Source: Synechococcus elongatus PCC 6301
Lineage (GTDB): Bacteria > Cyanobacteriota > Cyanobacteriia > Synechococcales > Synechococcaceae
Direction: 5' to 3'
Length of the DNA: 32,000 nt
Assembly: GCF_000010065.1 (NCBI RefSeq)
Contig: NC_006576.1
Location: 1,770,001-1,802,000 of the forward strand
In this document: positions 31,485-32,000 of the stretch, piece by piece
How positions within the stretch are numbered: position 1 is the stretch's first letter
Layout of the letters: each line of letters starts with the position of its first letter
The notes under the pieces: generated by a model
Told to the model about the DNA's origin: nothing
The model's input: the letters and a program-made list of their open reading frames with translations, nothing else
The model's database searches: none
Position numbers and translations under genes: made by a program

Positions 31485-31756
31485 GTCCCTGAGGGCCACT
31501 CAGACTCCTTGAGCTGAGGCTCTTTCAAGCTTTCAGATAACAAGCGGTAGGGGATTCGTCTCGTACCGCTTGTTAGTTCGAATTTTCGTGAGCTTTGGCT
31601 GAATCTAAGTCACTCAACCTCTGTCGGCAAAGACAGTGAGACCTGCAAGTTGCCGCGATCGCCCGTGCTGGATTGACCTCAATTACTCAGACCTATAAGA
31701 AAAAACCCAGCCCTACCAGGACCGGGTTGAACGAGTCATCAATTCGGAGCGGTCAG

Positions 31757-31999
31757 CTACTTCGTCAAGGCTGGCTCACGAGAGTCTTCTGTGGCAGACA
31801 TCGGAGCTTTTGCGAGAACGGCTGATTCACTCGACTTCGTTTCAGGAACGACGGAGCTCTGCGGCTCAGCCTCGTGCGATTGGTGAATGCGGATGCCGAT
31901 GAAAACGTCGTAGATAAAGTTCCAGAAATCTTTTTTGCTGGAGAGAATCCCGAGCGTTTGCGGCGACTGGCGTAGGTCCAACAACGGCTTGGTAGCGTG
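31757..31999 (-). CDS. C-terminal part of a CDS that starts beyond the window (…HATKPLLDLRQSPQTLGILSSKKDFWNFIYDVFIGIRIHQSHEAEPQ…)
   Basis: Frame remains open through the window edge on the minus strand; the in-window TTG at 31984 is probably internal. Confidence 0.55.
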   Translation of the reverse strand, partial: HATKPLLDLRQSPQTLGILSSKKDFWNFIYDVFIGIRIHQSHEAEPQSSVVPETKSSESAVLAKAPMSATEDSREPALTK

Positions 32000-32000
32000 G

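Overview
GC-rich cyanobacterial chromosomal window. The HIP1-type palindromes (GCGATCGC) and gene content look like the Synechococcus elongatus PCC 7942/6301/UTEX 2973 lineage (recognised from memory, not searched). In order: small conserved ORF, nanE, metK, FGGY sugar kinase, exported agmatine-deiminase-like protein, a convergent 5-methylcytosine methyltransferase plus predicted PD-(D/E)XK restriction endonuclease in an AT-richer, HIP1-free segment, tRNA-Ser(CGA), comEC, glyQ, DUF4335/DUF3038-like pair, apt, DppB-type permease, pilM-pilN-pilO-pilQ, 1-Cys peroxiredoxin, hflX, map, sphX-pstS-pstC-pstA-pstB and pnp. The most notable observations are: (1) pilN is split by a single in-frame TAG where the surrounding frame continues perfectly, probably a Trp to amber nonsense mutation; (2) the endonuclease-like protein has tandem N-terminal repeats in front of a nuclease-like domain and sits next to the 3' end of tRNA-Ser; (3) five TTA-centred repeats with exact 11-bp periodicity lie upstream of sphX; (4) the ComEC C-terminal domain lacks a recognisable metal-binding motif; (5) the hflX coding frame extends upstream to an ATC at the expected Met position. 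I do not see convincing evidence for a wholly new multi-gene system. The restriction-modification-like pair is the best accessory candidate.
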